Positions 59,083-64,000 of a stretch of 64,000 bases of DNA are shown piece after piece. The notes beneath the pieces are model-generated. The model was given only the letters and a program-made list of their open reading frames with translations. It was not told the DNA's origin and did no database searches. Position 1 is the stretch's first letter; each line of letters starts with the position of its first letter. The stretch is from an uncultured delta proteobacterium (GTDB lineage Bacteria > Myxococcota_A > Polyangia > Polyangiales > B10-G4). The stretch is from positions 1,344,001-1,408,000 of the forward strand of contig CAVSGI010000010.1 in assembly GCA_963727445.1 (NCBI GenBank). Direction: 5' to 3'. A program made the translations under genes and the position numbers.

Positions 59083-60534
59083 ATGGGGGAGACGCTCTTC
59101 AGCCACGATCTCAGGATCCTGACCTGTCAGCGCTGTGGTGCGCCCTTCGAGGCGGGCGTCGAGGGCGGCTCCTTCACCTGCACCTTCTGCCACGCCGAAA
59201 ACCAGCTGCGCCGGCGCGACGAGAGCGCGGACCTCTCCGCCGCGCAGGCGGCGGCCCAGGCGACGGTGAGCGAAGCGGAGCGACACGCCCGGCTGCGCGA
59301 ACAAGACAGCCGCCCCCCGATGCTGCCTCCGGACATCGCCCAACTGACCCACGACGGATATCTCGCCCCGGAGCACGTCGAGCACGCGCGGCAGCTGTGG
59401 CGCTCGCTCCGACAAGAGGTGGGTGTCGGCGCGCCTTTCGCCACCAGTGAACGGCTCTTTCATCTGACGCTCCTGCTCGCGCCGCACCTCGACGTGCGCG
59501 AAAGGCGCGCCTTCCTCGAAACCGCGATCGAGATCCTCGAGGATCCCGGTCACCGGCAGGTCATTCGTGGTGCGCTCGCCCGGGATGCGGTGTTGGCGGG
59601 CGACCTCGGGGCGGCGGACGCCTGGCTCGCACCCATGAATCCGCGCGCGACCGACCTCGCCATGGACACCGCTTACCGCTACGCAGCGGCGATGCTCGCC
59701 ACCGCACGCGGCCAGGACGCACGCGTGACGGAGCTCCTCGGCTGGCGCGACACCGACGTCCCCCTCGCCGACGCCGACGAGGTGGGCTGCGCCATCCTGC
59801 GCGCCAACGTGCTCGAACGGCAGGGTCGGACGCAAGAAGCCGCCGCCGAGCTCACGCGAGCGCTCCACGATCACGGCAAGGCGCCTCTGCGTTACGAGCT
59901 CGCGCGGATGGCGCAGCTCGGGCCGGCCCGCGCCACCGTCGCGCAGGTGCTGGGACAGCACGACGCGCAGGAACGACGACAGATTCAGGCCGGCATCGAC
60001 CAGATGAAGCTACAGCTCGCCGGCATCGAATCGCCGACCTGGCACCCGGTGAACCTGATCGGCGCGATCTTTCTCGGCTTCATCCTGTCGTTGGTTGTCA
60101 CGATCCCCTGGAGCTGCGGCGTGGTGCCGAGCGCCGACATCGATCCCTGGCTCGGCCCGCACGCGAAGACCTTCTGTCCCGCCGTCTGCGACGGCTGCAC
60201 CGACCCTTACAGCTACCTCCAGTTCCACACGTCCAGCAACGGCAGCGAGTCCGATCACTTCTACGTCTACTGCAACGACCCCAACGGCACGGTCATGTCG
60301 ATGCACGAGAACTGGGGCCAGCTGATGAGCGCCCGCGGGACGAACGAAGCCTACGAGCTTCCCGGCGGCGGCTTCACCCTGTGGCTCACCTCCCTTCCCT
60401 GCTGGGCGCCCGTGGGCTTCTTCATCTGGCTCGCGTACCGGGCGTCGACCGCGGGGAAGCGGCGCGCGAAGGCGCGGGACGTGCGGGAACGGATCGCCGA
60501 GTCCGAGCGCCGGCTGGCGTCGATCGGCACGTGA
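59083..60534 (+). CDS. Hypothetical membrane protein with N-terminal zinc ribbon
   Basis: CQRCGA..CTFCH ribbon; helical middle; two TM segments flanking a Cys-containing loop. Confidence 0.7.
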   Translation: MGETLFSHDLRILTCQRCGAPFEAGVEGGSFTCTFCHAENQLRRRDESADLSAAQAAAQATVSEAERHARLREQDSRPPMLPPDIAQLTHDGYLAPEHVEHARQLWRSLRQEVGVGAPFATSERLFHLTLLLAPHLDVRERRAFLETAIEILEDPGHRQVIRGALARDAVLAGDLGAADAWLAPMNPRATDLAMDTAYRYAAAMLATARGQDARVTELLGWRDTDVPLADADEVGCAILRANVLERQGRTQEAAAELTRALHDHGKAPLRYELARMAQLGPARATVAQVLGQHDAQERRQIQAGIDQMKLQLAGIESPTWHPVNLIGAIFLGFILSLVVTIPWSCGVVPSADIDPWLGPHAKTFCPAVCDGCTDPYSYLQFHTSSNGSESDHFYVYCNDPNGTVMSMHENWGQLMSARGTNEAYELPGGGFTLWLTSLPCWAPVGFFIWLAYRASTAGKRRAKARDVRERIAESERRLASIGT

Positions 60535-60545
60535 GACGACCGCCC

Positions 60546-61460
60546 ATGACTGAAGAGCGCCGACGCGGATTGATCGCGCAGCTGATCGCCTATCTCGCGG
60601 CGCTCGCCGTCGGCGCCGTGGTCTTGTCGTACGCCGACCTCGGCTCGCGCTGGCTCGAGATGCTCGCGGCGGACGCCGCCGCCACCGCCGTGGTCTTCGC
60701 CTTCAGCGTGGGCCTCGGAAACTCCAGCCTCTACGATCCCTACTGGAGCGTGGCGCCGCCGGTCATGGGAGCCGTGTGGATCGCGATGGGCACGGACGCG
60801 CTCCGTGCGCGCGCGATCCTCGCCCTCACGCTCACCTTCGTGTGGGGCGCGCGCCTCACCTTCAGCTTCTTCCGCGGATGGCCGGGCCTCGGCCACGAGG
60901 ACTGGCGCTACCGCGACCTCCGGAAGAAGACCGGCAAGGCCTACTGGCTGGTGAGCCTCCTCGGCATCCACTACTTCCCGACGGCGCTCACCTTCGGCGG
61001 CAGCCTCGCCCTCTTCGCGGCCATCGACAGCGACGCCCCCTTTTCGATCCTCGACGGCGTCGCCGCCGCTCTGACCATGGCCGCGATCGCCATCGAGACC
61101 CGGGCCGATCGCGAGCTCCGCGACTTCCTTCGCGCGGGCCCCGGGCCGGGATCGATCCTGAGCGCCGGCCTCTGGGCTCAAAGCCGCCACCCCAACTACC
61201 TGGGAGAGATCCTCTTCTGGTGGGGGCTCGCGCTCTTCGCCGTCGCCGGCGGCGCGACCCTGCCCCTCGCGCTCGGCGGCGCATCGGCGATCACGCTCCT
61301 CTTCGTCTTCGTGAGCGTCCCGATGATCGAACGCCACATGGCCGAACGCCGGCCGGGCTGGGCCGAGCACCGCCGAAAGGTCCCGGTGCTCCTGCCGACC
61401 AGGCTCTTCACTCGCCGAAGCCGCGGAGCTCGCGATCGAGGAGCTTCGCCGCCACGTTGA
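60546..61460 (+). CDS. DUF1295 (steroid 5-alpha-reductase-like) membrane protein
   Basis: NSSLYDPYWS, WGARLT, EDWRY and GLWAQSRHPNYLGEILFWWG. Confidence 0.9.
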   Translation: MTEERRRGLIAQLIAYLAALAVGAVVLSYADLGSRWLEMLAADAAATAVVFAFSVGLGNSSLYDPYWSVAPPVMGAVWIAMGTDALRARAILALTLTFVWGARLTFSFFRGWPGLGHEDWRYRDLRKKTGKAYWLVSLLGIHYFPTALTFGGSLALFAAIDSDAPFSILDGVAAALTMAAIAIETRADRELRDFLRAGPGPGSILSAGLWAQSRHPNYLGEILFWWGLALFAVAGGATLPLALGGASAITLLFVFVSVPMIERHMAERRPGWAEHRRKVPVLLPTRLFTRRSRGARDRGASPPR

Positions 61461-63324
61461 TCAGGTCGCGCTCTGTCAGGATGCCCACCAGCCTGTCGCC
61501 TCGAACCACTGGCAGGCACGCCACCTGATGGGCACGCATCTTCTCGACCGCCTCGAGCGTCGGCGTATCCGGAGAGACGGTGACCGGGCTCTCCTTCATG
61601 ATGTTGCGCACGACCACCGCGCCGCGGGGCTCCCGTCCGCCCTGAGCCAACAGGCGTATCAGCGACCGGAAGGAGACCAGCCCGACCAGACGACCGTCCT
61701 CGTCCTCGACCGGGATGTGCCGGATGCGCTCCCAGTCCATGAGATTGGCCGCAAGGTCGACGAGATCGTCGGGCTGCACGGTGAAGAGGTCGCGCGTCAT
61801 GAACTGCCCGACGGTCTTGTAGCTGTGGCGCCAATCCCGTGCTTCGTCGAGCTCGGCCAGCGGCCACTCGTGAACCGGGTGGCCCTCGACCTGACGCTCG
61901 AGTGACGCGGCCGTGACCGCGCGGAAGCGCTCGCTGCGCGTTCCCTGGTTGTTCATCTTCGCCAGCGAATCGAGGGCCCACTGCGCCCCGGTCCGCCCAC
62001 TCTCGACGCGCTCTTCGATGACGCCGAGATACCTGTCGATGTCCGCCTGCACGATCCCGTGACTCGCGAGGCCCGCGCGCGCACTGGGCAGGAGCTCGGT
62101 GACCAACTCGGCGGCGGTGGCGCTCTTGCCTCCAATCCAGGCGAACTGCGCCCGTAGACCGTGACGCGCCGCCGCGACGAAGTTGGCCTTCGCGTCGTCG
62201 AAGTCCATCACCTCGGTGATGTCGTCGTACTCCTTCGAGAGCGCCGCCAAGAGGCCGTAGTAGAAGGCGGCGTTCGCGACTTCGTCCAGCACCGTCGGCC
62301 CGGCAGGCAGGACCCGATTCTCGATGCGGAGGTGCGCTTTGCCCTCGTTCACGCCGTAGCAGGCGCGATTCCACCGATAGACGGTTCCGTTGTGGTGACG
62401 CAGGGCGGTCAGGTTCGGCGCCTCGCCGCGCTTCACCATCTCGAGGGCGTTCTCGCTGACGTCGGCGGAGAGCATCACCCGGAAACGGGCGATGTCGTCG
62501 CGGAAGATCTCGAGCACCGAGTCGTCGACCCACTTCTCACCGAATTGCACGCGCGGCCTTTGGCCGCGGACGAGCTGAGCGCTCGACCGGTGGTCCACCG
62601 AATGCTGAAAGAGCGCCACGCGCGTCTCGTGCCAGAGGCGATGCTCCGCGAGGAGCGGCGAGTTCACCGCCGCCGCCAGCACCGGAGCGGTCACCGCCTG
62701 GGCGAGGTTGTAGAGCTGCGCGAACTCGGAGGGCCCGACCTGGAAGTGCAGCTGAAAGCTGGTGTTGCAGGACTCCAGCATCACGTTGTCGTGCGTGGTG
62801 TAGAACTCGTCCACACCCTTGATGTGCACCTGGAAGTCGCCCCCACGCGCCTTGACCATCGCCGCGTTGAGGGCAGCGTAGCGAGGCACCGGCGTCATGT
62901 TCGCGAGGGTTAGGTCGCTCAGCTGAAGGGTGGGAAGTATTCCCGTGAGGAGGAGCTCGGCGCCGCACTGCTTCGCCGCTTCGCGCGCGAGCGCGAGGAG
63001 CGCTTGGATCTCCTGCTCGAGGACACTCAGGCAGTCTCCACCGAACTCGTGCGGCGGCAGGTTCGCTTCGAGGTTGAAACGCGCGAGCTCGGTGGTGAAG
63101 AGCGGATGGTCGAGGCGCTCCAACACCTCGGTCGACACCGGGGCGGGCATACATCCGGCGTCGACCAGGAAGATCTCCTGCTCCGCCCCGATACGCCGAA
63201 CGCCCGATTCGATCATCCCGGCGTCGATCATCTGCGAAAGCGCCTCGACGTCGTCGAGCAGAGCGCGAGTGAAGGTTCGCTGCTGCTCGTGATCGGCGAG
63301 CGCCTCTGCGTCCTTGTCACCCAT
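61408..63324 (-). CDS. Glutamate-cysteine ligase family 2 (GCS2-like) protein with C-terminal CBS pair
   Basis: IGAEQE, TELARFNLEAN, ESCNTSFQLH, HLRIENR..PAGPT; CBS pair VGQFMT..IRHIPV and IMKESPVTV..LVGILTERD. Confidence 0.88.
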   Translation of the reverse strand: MGDKDAEALADHEQQRTFTRALLDDVEALSQMIDAGMIESGVRRIGAEQEIFLVDAGCMPAPVSTEVLERLDHPLFTTELARFNLEANLPPHEFGGDCLSVLEQEIQALLALAREAAKQCGAELLLTGILPTLQLSDLTLANMTPVPRYAALNAAMVKARGGDFQVHIKGVDEFYTTHDNVMLESCNTSFQLHFQVGPSEFAQLYNLAQAVTAPVLAAAVNSPLLAEHRLWHETRVALFQHSVDHRSSAQLVRGQRPRVQFGEKWVDDSVLEIFRDDIARFRVMLSADVSENALEMVKRGEAPNLTALRHHNGTVYRWNRACYGVNEGKAHLRIENRVLPAGPTVLDEVANAAFYYGLLAALSKEYDDITEVMDFDDAKANFVAAARHGLRAQFAWIGGKSATAAELVTELLPSARAGLASHGIVQADIDRYLGVIEERVESGRTGAQWALDSLAKMNNQGTRSERFRAVTAASLERQVEGHPVHEWPLAELDEARDWRHSYKTVGQFMTRDLFTVQPDDLVDLAANLMDWERIRHIPVEDEDGRLVGLVSFRSLIRLLAQGGREPRGAVVVRNIMKESPVTVSPDTPTLEAVEKMRAHQVACLPVVRGDRLVGILTERDLINVAAKLLDRELRGFGE

Positions 63325-63340
63325 TTCAGTGGCGAATGTA

Positions 63341-63883
63341 TCAGCCTACGGGGCGGTTCGACATCGGCGCCGCGGCCCTCTGCAGCACCTCGCGCAGGCG
63401 CTCCTCGGGCCAGGAGTATCGCTCGTTCTTGCCGAGGTGGATCGCGAGCCAGCTCACCGTGCTCGGGATGTCCGCAAAGACCTTGGTGGGGTGCGGTGGT
63501 CGGCCGATGAGGATGGTGGTGCTCATGAAGGCGCGGACCGCGCTGCCGACCATTCCGTCGACCAGGATCACGTGCGCGGTGGCGATGTCGCGCTCGTCGA
63601 CGTCGGCTGTCTGACGCGCCGCCTCCTCACGGACCTCGGCAGAGAAGCGTGGGACTCCCTCCACGATGACGTTCGCGAAGGCGCACCCGCCGGTGGTGCG
63701 CCGCCTCACGCCCTTGTAGACACGGTCGATGGTGCGCATGTGCTCCAGCTCGGGCGCGTTGAACCACGTGGCGATCTCCAGATTGTCCACGGTGGCGACG
63801 CGAAGACACTCATCCGAGAATTCGACCTCGTACCCGCCCACCAGACGAGGATACTCGCCCTCGGCCAGCGTCCGAAAGGGCAC
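63341..63883 (-). CDS. Hypothetical protein (STAS/SpoIIAA-like myxobacterial family)
   Basis: Alpha/beta pattern ..SAEVREEAAR..GSAVRAF..PTKVF..AVSWL-like; start uncertain. Confidence 0.6.
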   Translation of the reverse strand: MPFRTLAEGEYPRLVGGYEVEFSDECLRVATVDNLEIATWFNAPELEHMRTIDRVYKGVRRRTTGGCAFANVIVEGVPRFSAEVREEAARQTADVDERDIATAHVILVDGMVGSAVRAFMSTTILIGRPPHPTKVFADIPSTVSWLAIHLGKNERYSWPEERLREVLQRAAAPMSNRPVG

Positions 63884-64000
63884 TGTCGAAGAAGGTGCGA
63901 GCGATCACCTGCCACCGGCGTTCGCCACCGCCGGACGCTCGCCGTCCACGTGCGCCGCGCGTCGAACGTCGGCGAGCGCCCGGGCGAGGTGCGGTGCCTG

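Noticed and set aside
59190..59210. CTFCH near the N-terminus of the 59083 protein as a heme-binding site
   Set aside because: It is the second half of a CxxC..CxxC zinc ribbon in a protein with no signal peptide

Overview
GC-rich, gene-dense 64-kb window with a typical myxobacterial (probably Polyangiales/Sandaracinaceae-like) complement: seven Hanks-type Ser/Thr kinase genes (eight kinase domains), TPR/PEGA proteins, Cys-rich lipoproteins, an FHA-sigma54 activator, a PilZ-like protein, and housekeeping genes (pckA, upp, lon). The main feature is a ~8.6-kb redox locus (35647-44276). It holds a four-gene operon joined by 4-bp start/stop overlaps, encoding a di-heme cytochrome b-like inner-membrane protein, a 23-CxxCH periplasmic cytochrome, a 10-CxxCH cytochrome and an outer-membrane beta-barrel. 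Beside it are a divergent, membrane-anchored Fe-S/FAD oxidoreductase with a circularly permuted thioredoxin-reductase-like layout and an 11-CxxCH lipoprotein cytochrome. Together they suggest a candidate NAD(P)H-to-cell-surface electron conduit (44 heme motifs); this is inference, not demonstrated. Other observations: a 163-bp MITE-like element inserted at a stop codon, a structured RNA with C-rich loops downstream of lon, a recurrent TAnnnT box 6-13 nt before start codons (likely leaderless/short-leader mRNAs), two +1 frameshifts, and a small lipoprotein missed by the ORF track. No rRNA, tRNA, CRISPR array or transposase was recognised. All family assignments come from motif recognition by eye, without database searches.
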